DNA of 64,000 nt. Origin: TPA_inf: Saccharomyces (Eukaryota). The notes under the pieces were generated by a model. That model did not search any database. It was given only the letters and a program-made list of their open reading frames with translations, and was not told the DNA's origin. The number at the start of each line of letters is the position of its first letter. The first letter of the stretch is position 1. The stretch spans positions 576,001-640,000 of the forward strand of contig BK006943.2 of the NCBI GenBank assembly GCA_000146045.2. The letters are read 5' to 3'. The position numbers were made by a program, and so were the translations under genes. Below, one piece after another: positions 44,754 to 56,500 of the stretch.

Positions 44754-46490
44754 ATGAAATACGTTGTTGTTTCTGGTGGTGTTATCTCAGGTATTGGTAA
44801 GGGTGTTTTAGCGTCCTCTACAGGGATGCTACTGAAAACCCTCGGCCTAAAGGTTACTTCCATCAAGATTGACCCATATATGAATATTGACGCCGGGACG
44901 ATGTCTCCCTTGGAACATGGTGAGTGTTTTGTACTTGATGATGGTGGGGAAACGGACTTGGATCTCGGTAATTACGAGCGGTACCTCGGTATTACCTTAA
45001 GCAGGGACCACAACATCACCACCGGTAAGATATACTCCCACGTAATTTCCAGAGAAAGGAGAGGTGATTATTTAGGTAAGACAGTTCAAATTGTTCCTCA
45101 TTTGACTAACGCAATTCAGGATTGGATTCAACGTGTTTCAAAAATTCCAGTGGATGACACAGGATTAGAACCAGACGTCTGTATCATCGAGTTAGGTGGT
45201 ACGGTCGGTGACATTGAGAGTGCGCCCTTCGTGGAAGCATTACGACAATTTCAGTTCGAAGTTGGAAGAGAGAATTTCGCCCTGATCCATGTTTCACTTG
45301 TGCCCGTCATTCATGGTGAACAGAAGACGAAACCCACCCAAGCAGCAATCAAAGATTTAAGGTCATTAGGGCTTATTCCCGATATGATTGCCTGCAGATG
45401 CAGCGAAGAACTTAACAGGAGCACTATTGACAAGATTGCCATGTTTTGCCATGTGGGGCCGGAGCAAGTGGTCAACGTTCATGATGTTAACTCCACGTAC
45501 CACGTTCCCTTATTGCTGCTAAAGCAACATATGATCGACTACCTCCATTCAAGGTTGAAATTAGGTGAAGTGCCTCTAACCTTGGAAGACAAGGAAAGAG
45601 GGTCTCAATTATTGACTAACTGGGAAAACATGACCAAAAACCTAGATGATTCTGATGATGTTGTCAAGATTGCTCTTGTGGGAAAATACACTAATTTGAA
45701 GGATTCCTACCTATCTGTGACCAAATCCTTAGAACACGCAAGCATGAAGTGCCGTCGTCAGCTAGAAATCCTCTGGGTAGAGGCAAGTAACCTAGAGCCC
45801 GAAACTCAAGAGGTGGACAAGAACAAGTTCCACGATTCATGGAATAAGCTCAGTTCCGCCGACGGAATTTTGGTTCCTGGTGGATTTGGCACGAGAGGTA
45901 TTGAAGGTATGATTCTTGCTGCCAAATGGGCCCGTGAATCCGGTGTTCCCTTTCTTGGTGTCTGTCTTGGATTACAAGTTGCCGCTATCGAGTTCGCCCG
46001 CAATGTGATAGGCCGCCCAAACAGCAGTTCTACAGAATTTTTGGACGAGACACTACTAGCTCCTGAAGACCAAGTAGTCATATACATGCCCGAGATCGAC
46101 AAGGAACACATGGGTGGCACGATGAGATTGGGTTTGAGGCCTACCATTTTCCAACCGAACTCAGAATGGAGCAACATAAGGAAGCTTTATGGTGAAGTTA
46201 ATGAGGTGCATGAGAGACATCGTCATCGCTATGAGATAAACCCGAAAATAGTGAATGATATGGAGTCTCGTGGCTTTATTTTTGTTGGTAAGGACGAGAC
46301 GGGCCAGCGTTGCGAAATATTCGAATTGAAAGGCCATCCATACTACGTGGGCACTCAATACCATCCAGAGTATACATCGAAGGTGCTGGAACCATCAAGA
46401 CCGTTTTGGGGGCTTGTGGCCGCAGCCTCCGGCACACTTGGTGAAGTGATCAAGGACATAAATCTAAGCGAGGGAAATGAAAATGAATGA
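44754..46490 (+). CDS. URA8: CTP synthase isozyme 2 (amidoligase + class-I glutamine amidotransferase), 578 aa
   Basis: ORF track begins at TTG (44748). ATG at 44754 gives [52 protein letters not shown]... GATase catalytic region ...GVCLGLQ... present. Confidence 0.9.
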
Positions 46491-46549
46491 ATTGATGCGC
46501 TTACTACTTACTTACATACGGTTTTTATTCAAGTATATTATCATTAACA

Positions 46550-47014
46550 TTAGTTGGTTAGACCAATGACACCACAGGCTGGTCTTGGACCGGCATTACC
46601 AGTCTTCAAAGATTCTTCAGTGTCACCCTTACCTAAGTCATCTTGGCCGGCGTGGATAACGACGCTTCTGCCTACAACGGAGGTAGGACCGATAAGCTTG
46701 ATCAAAGAGTCCTTGAAGGAGCCCTTGGCCACACCATTTTCGTCCGTCTTTACGTTACCCATGTCACCGACATGTCTGACTTCGTCAGTTGGAGCACCAT
46801 GTGTCTTCTTGAAAGGATTGAAGTGAGGACCAGCAGAGACACAACCATTGGTGGCATCTCCAAACTCATGAATGTGGAACCCACGTTCTGCGTTAGGACT
46901 GTTACCAGCGATCTCGTAAGAGACAGTGGTTGGCTCGGATTCGGAAGCCTGTTCGAACTTGACAACACCAGAGACACCGGCATCACCCTTTAACACTGCG
47001 ACTGCTTGAACCAT
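46550..47014 (-). CDS. SOD1: Cu,Zn superoxide dismutase, 154 aa
   Basis: [73 protein letters not shown]... with Cu/Zn-ligand histidines. High-GC biased codon usage of a highly expressed gene. Confidence 0.95.
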
Positions 47015-47580
47015 TATAAATTAATTATGTTTTATTTGTTTGCGCGATTGCTTTCTTGCCTGTTTTTCCGCAACATAGTTACAGCTAAACATTTGCCCAA
47101 AACCATCTTCTTATATATATATCTGCGATGGCGAGCCCAGCGGAAGGGATGTCCGCTTACTAATTCCGACACACCGGTTTAACCCCCCGGCGTGCTGGGG
47201 TGGGTGCCCCTAAGGGAGCGGGTTCTGTACTTCCAGTAAGCGGCATTTGCGCTGTCATCGCCTTATCGAACCCGCTACTGAGATCATGTCCTGAGTGGGT
47301 GAGTCGCACGCCCAATCGGCTGCACTTCAGAGATACTTACGTCCAATTTCGCATCATGCCAATATTACCTGTGGAAGTTGAAACTTTTTTTGCAGATGCC
47401 GATAATTTTCACATGGATGAGTCGCAGTGTCGTCGTACGTGATGAGGGCAGGCTTGAAAATTATTCTTCGAGCCCAATTCTCTTTACTTATAGGCATGCC
47501 ATGTCTAATTAGGTAGTCATCTCAGTTTATCTTGTGCAGGGTAGAACCAAAGATAACAGCAAAAGAAAGAGCAAGCAATT

Positions 47581-48603
47581 ATGACCGCACCATTGGTAGT
47601 ATTGGGTAACCCACTTTTAGATTTCCAAGCCGACGTCACGGCTGAATACCTGGCCAAGTATTCTCTAAAGGAAAACGACGCAATTTTGGTCGATGCCAAA
47701 TCAGGCGATGCTAAGATGGCTATTTTTGACGAGCTCTTACAGATGCCAGAAACAAAGCTTGTTGCAGGTGGTGCTGCTCAAAACACTGCTAGAGGGGCAG
47801 CATACGTTTTGGGCGCCGGCCAGGTGGTGTACTTCGGTTCCGTCGGTAAGGACAAGTTCAGCGAGAGATTGCTTAACGAAAACGAAAAAGCTGGTGTCAA
47901 GTCTATGTACCAAGTTCAAAATGATATTGGTACCGGTAAGTGTGCCGCATTAATCACTGGCCATAACCGGTCCTTGGTCACTGACTTGGGTGCTGCCAAT
48001 TTCTTTACTCCAGACCACTTGGACAAGCATTGGGACTTGGTCGAAGCAGCTAAGCTCTTCTACATCGGTGGTTTCCACTTGACCGTGTCTCCAGACGCTA
48101 TCGTTAAGTTGGGCCAACATGCTAAAGAGAACAGCAAACCTTTCGTGTTGAACTTTAGTGCTCCTTTCATTCCTCATGTCTTCAAAGACGCATTGGCCAG
48201 AGTTTTGCCTTATGCTACCGTCATCATCGCTAACGAATCGGAGGCCGAAGCCTTTTGCGACGCCTTCCAATTAGACTGTGCCAACACTGATTTGGAAGCT
48301 ATTGCTCAAAGAATTGTCAAGGACTCTCCAGTTGAAAAGACTGTCATCTTCACCCACGGTGTCGAACCAACAGTGGTCGTGTCCTCCAAGGGTACCAGCA
48401 CATATCCAGTCAAACCTTTGGACTCTTCTAAGATCGTCGACACCAACGGTGCTGGTGACGCCTTCGCTGGTGGCTTTATGGCTGGGTTGACTAAAGGTGA
48501 AGATTTGGAAACCTCTATTGACATGGGTCAATGGCTAGCTGCTTTGTCTATTCAAGAAGTTGGTCCCTCTTACCCTTCCGAAAAAATATCTTACTCTAAA
48601 TAG
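47581..48603 (+). CDS. ADO1: Adenosine kinase (PfkB/ribokinase family), 340 aa
   Basis: ATG ORF MTAPLVVLGNPLLDFQADVTAEYLAKYSLKENDAILVD... PfkB signature ...DTNGAGDAFAGGF... Confidence 0.9.
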   Translation: MTAPLVVLGNPLLDFQADVTAEYLAKYSLKENDAILVDAKSGDAKMAIFDELLQMPETKLVAGGAAQNTARGAAYVLGAGQVVYFGSVGKDKFSERLLNENEKAGVKSMYQVQNDIGTGKCAALITGHNRSLVTDLGAANFFTPDHLDKHWDLVEAAKLFYIGGFHLTVSPDAIVKLGQHAKENSKPFVLNFSAPFIPHVFKDALARVLPYATVIIANESEAEAFCDAFQLDCANTDLEAIAQRIVKDSPVEKTVIFTHGVEPTVVVSSKGTSTYPVKPLDSSKIVDTNGAGDAFAGGFMAGLTKGEDLETSIDMGQWLAALSIQEVGPSYPSEKISYSK

Positions 48604-48837
48604 ATTCTTCTTACAATATAATAGAAATAAAATATACTCTACGTGTTCCCTCTAGCTTTTCATTCGTAGACATGTTTACCGCTTGTTCTTAAACCAAATA
48701 AGCCACCGTTACCACAATAAGGAAAAGAGGCGCTATAAAGTACAGCTTCAAGAAAAAAGGACAAGCAGCGCTAAGAACAAAATACTCGTTCATCCTCTCC
48801 ACATACGGCCGTACACAAGCAACAATAACACAATAAT

Positions 48838-51015
48838 ATGGACTGGGCAATCAATGTCGCCCATCCACGATTACTTTACAAGGATCCTAAACTTTCAGTA
48901 ACGTTTATTGTGCCGAGCTTATTTCATATCATTATTGCTTTCGTGTTATTAGGAATATGTGCATCCGATTTTCTTTGCCCCAACGTGGCCCATATATCAG
49001 ATCCCAACAGCCTTCGATCGAATGGTTCTTTAGTCTCAAAAACGGCGTCCCATGCATCTCATACTGGGGCATTAATGGCAGTTCTACTATCTTGGTGTAA
49101 CTCTTCGCCTGACCTATTTTCCAACTTAATGAGCTGGGCAACCTCTACGAGAGAAACAAGGTCAACCTCAGTATCGCTATCAATTGGTGAGGTGCTTGGC
49201 GCTTGCGGCATTATCCTGTGCATTGTAGAGGGCTCCATTTTTATTATTATGTCAAGAACTCACATTGAAATCTCGCAAATTCAAAAACTATCCATCATGA
49301 GAGACTTGTTATTTTCTTTAGCTGCCATGTGCGTAATGAGTTACGTTTCCCTTATGAATCAGGTCACTGTGCTGAATTGCCTTTTGATGGCGTTCCTTTA
49401 TGCCTTTTATCTAGTCGTTAAGTTAACTTTCAAGCTTAATCATTCTGCAGAAACCCCAGATGAAACTGCTGCGGATACGAGCCTCAGAGAAAACTCCGTT
49501 TCTCCTTTTTTGGATGACTCTCTGATGGCTTCTGGTTTACTACCACCAATACAACCTGGCTTTGACATATCCAATTCTATAACACACGGCATTAAGCCTA
49601 GTTTGCTATCTGCTATGGATTTCAATAGTTTCTTATCAATGCTTGAAAACTCATCTTTGGAGGAGGATGACTCAAGGAATGAAATGGCAGAATTGAACAC
49701 TCTACGTAGCATGACGCCGGGACAACATTGGTCCGCCTCTGCAACAGTTGCAGGAGAGGCAACGAGTGCTGGAAGACCTTTCAGTGAGCCAACGAATGCG
49801 TTTACGGAATATAGAGATTCTGAAAGAGCAATAAATAGTTCCCCAGCGGTGTTCGCCCCCTACCGTGACAACCCTGATGATGAAGAGTCTCAAGAGCAAG
49901 TATTATTGGAGACAACAACGCATGGTCATTTTGGTGCGCAAGAAATGCGAAGGTTCTCCAAAAGGTCTCTGGGCTGGATTATAAAAATTTTCATACCACA
50001 TCTCTCAAATTTTTCCCAGAAATCCATCTCAGATGCGATCTTTTCCATAATAACTGTTCCGTTTTTCATTATTTTCAAACTATCATGTCCTCAACCGCCT
50101 TCAGATATTTTGAGTTATGATCCCACTTTGAACAGATACTCTTTAACAACGTTACCCATAATTTTATTATTTATCCAATCAATTACTGCACCCTTCCTCC
50201 TTTGCAGTATACTTTCTGTGCTTTTGACATATCATCTAGGCTATCTCGTTTACCTTTTCCCTCTTATATTAGCTATGGCCTTAATTTTACTATTGACGGC
50301 TTTTATTACAAAGGTAAATCTGCATAACAAGTTTACTCTGTCATTAGACAGCTCTAACATTTTACAGGAAAAGCTACAAAAAAGAAAACTCCTCGAAAGG
50401 CTTAACACAAGCATCCAAATAATTTTTCTAGCTATCGGCATAATAAATATCATAATTTGGATATCACTTTTAGCCAATTCTCTTATTGAGATGATGGAAA
50501 TTTACCAAAAAATATTAGGATTATCGAAAGCTATTTTGGGCCTTACCATTTTCGCATGGGGCAACTCAGTAGGAGACTTGATCTCCAACATATCTATGTG
50601 CAGGCTCTACAAAACCCAAACTCACTACCAAGACAGAGTTCGTTTAGCCACAAAATTTTTTATGATATCATGCGCATCTTGCTTAGGAGGCGTAATGCTG
50701 AATTCTATGGGTGGAATAGGCTTTAGTGGGCTAGTATCAATGCTTTTTATTGGCGCTTTTAATGATAACGAATGGTGGTTCCTAAGAAAGGTTAAATTAC
50801 AAGAAACAAGTCAATTGGATAATACATTAAATTACAAATTCATAGTTTCTTGCGTCTTCATTATCCTACAGATTATTCTCTTGCTGTTATTCTTCGGAGG
50901 GCCTAACAATATTAAACGGCGCCTCACAAAGGAGATGAAGTTAGTCGGAATCTCTATGTGCGGACTATGGGCACTAGCCACGTTGATTAATATACTTCTA
51001 GAACTGTTTAGCTAA
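48838..51015 (+). CDS. ECM27: Na+/Ca2+-exchanger (CaCA) superfamily polytopic membrane protein, 725 aa
   Basis: ATG ORF MDWAINVAHPRLLYKDPKLSVTFIVPSLFHIIIAFVLLGICASDFLCPNVAHISD... Two blocks of TM helices with alpha-repeat-like GNS(V)GD motif (GNSVGDLISN). Confidence 0.85.
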   Translation: MDWAINVAHPRLLYKDPKLSVTFIVPSLFHIIIAFVLLGICASDFLCPNVAHISDPNSLRSNGSLVSKTASHASHTGALMAVLLSWCNSSPDLFSNLMSWATSTRETRSTSVSLSIGEVLGACGIILCIVEGSIFIIMSRTHIEISQIQKLSIMRDLLFSLAAMCVMSYVSLMNQVTVLNCLLMAFLYAFYLVVKLTFKLNHSAETPDETAADTSLRENSVSPFLDDSLMASGLLPPIQPGFDISNSITHGIKPSLLSAMDFNSFLSMLENSSLEEDDSRNEMAELNTLRSMTPGQHWSASATVAGEATSAGRPFSEPTNAFTEYRDSERAINSSPAVFAPYRDNPDDEESQEQVLLETTTHGHFGAQEMRRFSKRSLGWIIKIFIPHLSNFSQKSISDAIFSIITVPFFIIFKLSCPQPPSDILSYDPTLNRYSLTTLPIILLFIQSITAPFLLCSILSVLLTYHLGYLVYLFPLILAMALILLLTAFITKVNLHNKFTLSLDSSNILQEKLQKRKLLERLNTSIQIIFLAIGIINIIIWISLLANSLIEMMEIYQKILGLSKAILGLTIFAWGNSVGDLISNISMCRLYKTQTHYQDRVRLATKFFMISCASCLGGVMLNSMGGIGFSGLVSMLFIGAFNDNEWWFLRKVKLQETSQLDNTLNYKFIVSCVFIILQIILLLLFFGGPNNIKRRLTKEMKLVGISMCGLWALATLINILLELFS

Positions 51016-51294
51016 AGCTTGCAAGAGTGCCTCCCGAAAAATTTGTTTTTGTGACATTTATCTGGCGCCGTAACAGATCCGCGCAGAACACAGAACACCA
51101 AGAAAAGAAGTACTATTTAATTTCAAGATTACTTAGACTCCGTCATTCAAATCGCCCTTTTATTCAAACAAAAATGGGCCATATATTCTTTCTGTCTCAA
51201 CCTTCGTTTCCTTGGATGAATTATTTTGATTGAGCTCCAAAAAAAAAGTTGTAGCCAGGAACTATCCAAAACTTCGATTGAGAAACCCATAACA

Positions 51295-52326
51295 ATGATG
51301 CCTGCCAGACTTTTCATACTATATCTTTTTGTAGTACTCATGCCTGTTGTTCATTGTTCGTCCAACCTGCCCATCACTCCATATATCTATGAGCGTCTAG
51401 TATATTTTATTAAGGCAAGCTCTATATCAAGCTGCATATCTGACAACTTACTTCTTGTTAATAAAACCTTCAACGACGGAGGTTGTCCACCACATATTAA
51501 CTTCTGCAATGATGAGATAATTAACCCAACAGCGGGTCAAACAGTGGTTGAATTAGTTCTTAATGCAAAAAAAGGTGAATTAGGCTCGGGTTATCTGGCT
51601 GTTGACCACGGAAAAAAGGTTGTTATTTTAGCATTTAGAGGATCCACAACAAGACAAGATTGGTTTAGTGATTTTGAAATATATCCTGTTAACTATTCTC
51701 CCCTTTGCGTTAAGGAATATCGTAAGCTTATAGAGGAAGGAAAAATCAGAGAATGTGAAGGTTGTAAAATGCATAGAGGATTTCTAAGGTTCACAGAAAC
51801 TCTCGGGATGGACGTCTTTAAAAAAATGGAGTCGATTCTGGAAAGCTTTCCGGAATATAGGATCGTTGTCACTGGGCACTCCTTGGGGGCAGCATTAGCA
51901 AGTTTGGCTGGGATTGAATTAAAGATAAGAGGCTTTGATCCGTTAGTGCTGACATTCGCAACACCAAAGATATTTAACAGTGAAATGAAACAATGGGTAG
52001 ACGAGTTATTTGAAACAGATGCTATAGAAAAGGAGTCAATTCTTAAAGATGAAATTCAATTTCGTAAGGGCTATTTTAGGGTTGTGCATACAGGTGATTA
52101 TATTCCTATGGTTCCACCATTCTATCATCCGGCTGGTTTAGAGATGTTTATTAACAAAGTTGGTCTACCTCAGAATGCGGAAGATATTGAATACCGTGGT
52201 AAAAATAACAGGTTAACTTTAAAGGATGGATTTCGAGAGGGTATGAGCGGTTTGGTTGAAGACTGGTTACATGTCTATGAACATCGAGCCTACTTCATTG
52301 ACGTAGTGGGATGTTCTGGACTTTAA
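51295..52326 (+). CDS. LIH1: Class-3 (fungal) lipase-like secreted alpha/beta-hydrolase, GHSLG nucleophile at 51874-51888. Called from the first in-frame ATG (343 aa). The commonly quoted 328-aa form would start at the third ATG (51340)
   Basis: ORF track starts at TTG (51226). First ATGs at 51295/51298 give MMPARLFILYLFVVLMPVVHCSSNLPITPYIYE..., a classical signal peptide. Lipase_3 features (GHSLGAALASLAG; D...H). Confidence 0.8.
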   Translation: MMPARLFILYLFVVLMPVVHCSSNLPITPYIYERLVYFIKASSISSCISDNLLLVNKTFNDGGCPPHINFCNDEIINPTAGQTVVELVLNAKKGELGSGYLAVDHGKKVVILAFRGSTTRQDWFSDFEIYPVNYSPLCVKEYRKLIEEGKIRECEGCKMHRGFLRFTETLGMDVFKKMESILESFPEYRIVVTGHSLGAALASLAGIELKIRGFDPLVLTFATPKIFNSEMKQWVDELFETDAIEKESILKDEIQFRKGYFRVVHTGDYIPMVPPFYHPAGLEMFINKVGLPQNAEDIEYRGKNNRLTLKDGFREGMSGLVEDWLHVYEHRAYFIDVVGCSGL

Positions 52327-52456
52327 CATTCACCCACTTTTACGTTTTTGTCTATAACTAGCATATATAATACCGCTCTAGAGTTACTCTAAACTAAATG
52401 CGACCACTATTCTTAACTAATAATTGTTCTTTTTACAAATAACTCTTTCAAAACTT

Positions 52457-52693
52457 CTAATCTTTTCTCTTACGTTTTCCATTTATCTGCTCTTCTTCTG
52501 AAACTCTTTTTCCTGCATTGGCCCTCTCTTTGTTACATGAAAGAGGTTTTAGGGTTGGTAATATTTCTGGTTGTAAACTTCTTGAATACACTTGGGTAGC
52601 TAACTGCTTATTCCAGTTCTCCTGGCCACTAATCCCGGCTACGCTTTTGTTGAAATAGTATTCTTCTACAGCATCATAGCTATCATCACACAT
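52457..52693 (-). CDS. Small 78-aa ORF (possibly YJR107C-A, recalled as a proteomics/expression-supported small ORF). Lys/Arg-rich C-terminus
   Basis: ATG-initiated ORF MCDDSYDAVEEYYFNKSVAGISGQENWNKQLATQVYSRSLQPEILPTLKPLSCNKERANAGKRVSEEEQINGKRKRKD. Its ATG is only 18 bp from the divergent ABM1 ATG. No other support from sequence. Confidence 0.35.
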   Translation of the reverse strand: MCDDSYDAVEEYYFNKSVAGISGQENWNKQLATQVYSRSLQPEILPTLKPLSCNKERANAGKRVSEEEQINGKRKRKD

Positions 52694-52711
52694 GTCTACT
52701 AGTTTCCACGT

Positions 52712-53083
52712 ATGTCTTGGAGGTACTCTATCTTGACCGTAGATGGAAGCTTTAAAATTTTCATCCCTTGGGAAATATTCCTCACGTGGAATTTTTTGAG
52801 CGCTGCATGGCTAAATTCTACCGAATCCAATACGTATATCCACTACTCAACATGTTGGGGCACAAGTGATTACACACTTAATATCTCTGTCATAGAAGCT
52901 ACTACAGAGAAATTGGTTGACACTAGATTATTAACAACACTCGAGAATGCAACCGCTTGGATTAACTCAAACTCTATTGATGAAGACGAAGATGATATGC
53001 CTCATGCCACTAACGTAGCAGACCGGCTTGATGGGTTATCCCTTAGCAAGCGCGTATATAGCATCTGTCACTACGAATTTTAG
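52712..53083 (+). CDS. ABM1: Aberrant-microtubules protein 1, 123 aa
   Basis: ATG ORF MSWRYSILTVDGSFKIFIPWEIFLTWNFLSAAWLNSTESNTYIHYSTCWG... Size and position match YJR108W. Confidence 0.7.
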   Translation: MSWRYSILTVDGSFKIFIPWEIFLTWNFLSAAWLNSTESNTYIHYSTCWGTSDYTLNISVIEATTEKLVDTRLLTTLENATAWINSNSIDEDEDDMPHATNVADRLDGLSLSKRVYSICHYEF

Positions 53084-53584
53084 TGCGGATTCTCTCCGTA
53101 GCGTAAACGTTCTCTATACATCATCTACCCATGTTGCTCCACCTAGCAGAACATTTCAGAAAGAAAGAAGTCCAAGTAATGGCCAACAACCAGAAGGACA
53201 GCTTTTTTTATGAAGGCCCCCTACTGCATATTCATTAAGCTTAAGCTTGATCGGTGAAAAATGCTATAATCTACGTGTACTGGTCACATTGTTGCACATC
53301 TCAATTAATCAACGCTCTATTATTATACGGAAGATATAAAGGCATAGTAAATACACTTGCCTGAGGTATTGATTGATGAATTATTTTCCACGGCCCATGC
53401 GTTACTCACTTCGAAAATACATTTGAATTTTAGTGATAAGTTTTGCGATCTACTTTTGTTCAAGATAATAATACTGGGGTAGAATATACACTAAGAAGTC
53501 TCTTTGAAATTAAAAATATCTCTAAAAAAATCCATTATATAATATACAGTAATACAATTAGAGGCAGGTTTTTCTTTTGCACAA

Positions 53585-56500
53585 TCAATATGCTTTGAAA
53601 CCAATAAATTCATCCCAGGAACGGACTTCTGGTGGAACTATAACGTCATGAGATTCCAAAATTTTGATCTTTTCTGCAATTTTTGCCTTCAAACACTTTG
53701 CAAATAACAAAGCCGTTTGAGGTTCATTGAACAATGGGATAGCAAAATCAATAGCATTCCTTCTCATAATATAGTCAACATCGTCAGTGCTCTCAGCTCT
53801 CTTGGAGGCTAAATTGAAAACAGCTTTTATGTCATATTCTTGAAATAGTTCACGCAATTTTCTCTTATCATTCTTTGGAAATTTAATCAAAGAAACCTTT
53901 GCGTTCTTTTCTTTGATGTGTTCCTGTAGATACGTTTTAGTGGTCTCATTAGTTGTGTATATTCTGTAACCAATAGTGGCCACTATGGAAGCCACTTGGC
54001 CCAAGTATTCTCGAGATGTATCACCTCCAAATAATATACCACTTGGAGGTAGTGGTACATGGAAGTTCATGGTACTTTGAATAGCAGTCCAATAGCTTTC
54101 AATTAAATCTCTACCAAATGAAGCAACTTCACCAGTTGATGCCATTTCAACCCCTAAGAAAGGATCTGCACCAGCCAACCTTGTAAAGGAAAATTGAGGA
54201 ACTTTAGTAGCAACATAGTCGTACTTTTTGTTGAGCATCAAATCAACAGGTTTTGGTACAATGTCACCGCCCAAAAATGCCTTGACAGCAATTTCAATAA
54301 AATTAACGCCTAAAACTTTTGAAACGAATGGAAATGATCTAGAAGCTCTAATGTTACATTCAATCACTTTCAATGTATGCTCCCCATCCTTGATGATTTG
54401 CATATTGAAGGGGCCAGTGATCTTCCAAGCTTTTGCGACCTTATCAGCAATGTCTTTTAGGGCAATCTTCACATCGTCAGAAAGATGTTGTGGCGGTAAG
54501 ACTAAAGAAGCATCACCGGAGTGCACACCCGCATTTTCAACATGCTCGGAAATGGCATGTACCAAGACATTACCATTATAAGCAACGGCGTCCACATCAA
54601 TTTCTTGAGCACCTTCAATAAATTTAGACATGACGACTGGGTGGTCTGGAGAAACGTCAGATGCCAAAGTTAATTTAGCCTTCAGTTCCTCCTCATTATT
54701 AACAACACTCATTGCCGCACCGGAAAGAACATATGAGGGACGAATCAACACAGGGTAGTTAACTTTAGAAGCAAATAATTTTGCTTCTTCTACTGATGTT
54801 AATTCACTCCATTCAGGTTGGTCAACATCAATAGAATCCAAAATAGATGAGAATTTGTGTCTGTTCTCAGCTCTATCAATATCGTTTGGATTGGTACCCA
54901 TTATATTACAGCCGTTATCGTAAAGTTTCAAGGCAATGTTTTGAGGTAATTGACCACCGACAGAAATAATGCAACCCTCAGATTGCTCCAACTCATAAAT
55001 GTCCATCACTCTTTCATACGATAATTCTTCAAAGTATAATCTATCAACTTCATCGAAATCTGTGGAAACTGTTTCTGGGTTATAATTTATCATGATAGTT
55101 TTCTTGCCTTGATCTCTTAATGTCTTCGCGGTGTTCACGGCACACCAATCAAATTCTACAGATGAACCAATACGATAGACACCAGAGCCTAAAACCAGCA
55201 TACCATTTTCGTTGAACTCCACATCGTTCTTTGTAGCATTGTAAGTGGTATACAAATAATTGGTTTGTGCTGGAAATTCTGCGGCCAAAGTATCGATTCT
55301 CTTGACAAAAGGGATTATACCTAACGTTTTTCTTAAACTTCTGATTTCCAGTTCGTTAATGTTTGTGGAGGCGTGTTTATTTATAGTAACCGCAATCTGC
55401 TTATCTGAAAACCCTAATTTCTTGGCTCTCTGCAAGAGATCTTTACTCAAGTCACTTAAAGATTTAACTGATTCAAGCTCTTTATAGATATTAACAATGT
55501 TCATGCACTTGTAAAGAAACCATTTATCAATTTTACTCAATTCATTAACTCTCTCAACAGTATAGTTTTCATGGATTAAGGCCTGACCAATGGCAAGGAC
55601 TCTTCTATCAGTTGGAGTTCTCAAGGCTTCATCAAGTTGATCGCCGAATTCAGTAGAACCTTGGAATCCCAATAATGATGGATCCACCTGTCTTAATGCT
55701 TTTTGAAAGGCTTCTTCATAGTTTCTACCAATAGCCATAACTTCTCCAACTGATTTCATAGAGGAACCAATGGATCTGTCCACGTATTGGAACTTAGAAA
55801 GATCCCACTTAGGTATTTTTGCCACAATATAATCCAAAGATGGCTCAAAGTTAGCCACTGTAGTTTTTGTGATTGGGTTTGGCAATTCTGGCAAAGTATA
55901 GCCTAGCCCAATTTTGGCGGCAGTGTATGCTAAGGGATAACCAGTGGCCTTAGACGCCAATGCAGAGGAACGAGATAAACGTGCGTTCACTTCAATAACT
56001 CTATAGTCTAGCCCATCAGGTTGCAAAGCGTATTGGACATTACATTCACCAATAACACCAAGGTGTCTAATGATTTTAATTGCGGCGGATCTTAACATAT
56101 GAAACTCTTCATCTGATAGGGTCTGCGAAGGAGCAAAAACCATAGAATCACCAGTATGAACACCAAGTGGGTCGAAATTTTCCATATTACATACTGTAAT
56201 ACAGTTACCAACCCTATCTCTGACCACTTCATATTCAACTTCTTTCCAACCTTTCAAAGATTTTTCAACAAGAATTTGTGGGGCCAACGACAAGGACTGT
56301 GCGGCAAGTTCCTTCATTTCACTTGCATTGTTAGCGAAACCTGAGCCTAACCCACCCAAAGCGTATGCAGATCTGACAATAACTGGGTATTTGACCCTTT
56401 CAGCAGCCTCCAAAGCTTCATCCACGGTTTCACAAGCAAATGATTCTGCGATGGGAATGTTGATATCCTTTAACGCAGATGCGAAAAGATCCCTATCTTC

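Noticed and set aside
46643-46993. Long antisense ORFs embedded in genes (e.g. 1438-1785 in MIR1, 12650-13276 in BIR1, 25359-25778 in BUD4, 40958-41308 in AIM25, 45806-46177 in URA8, 46643-46993 in SOD1, 48271-48531 in ADO1, 54228-54581 in CPA2)
   Set aside because: This is the expected consequence of codon bias and low-complexity sense sequence (GC-rich or repetitive codons leave the opposite strand open). No independent support was found.
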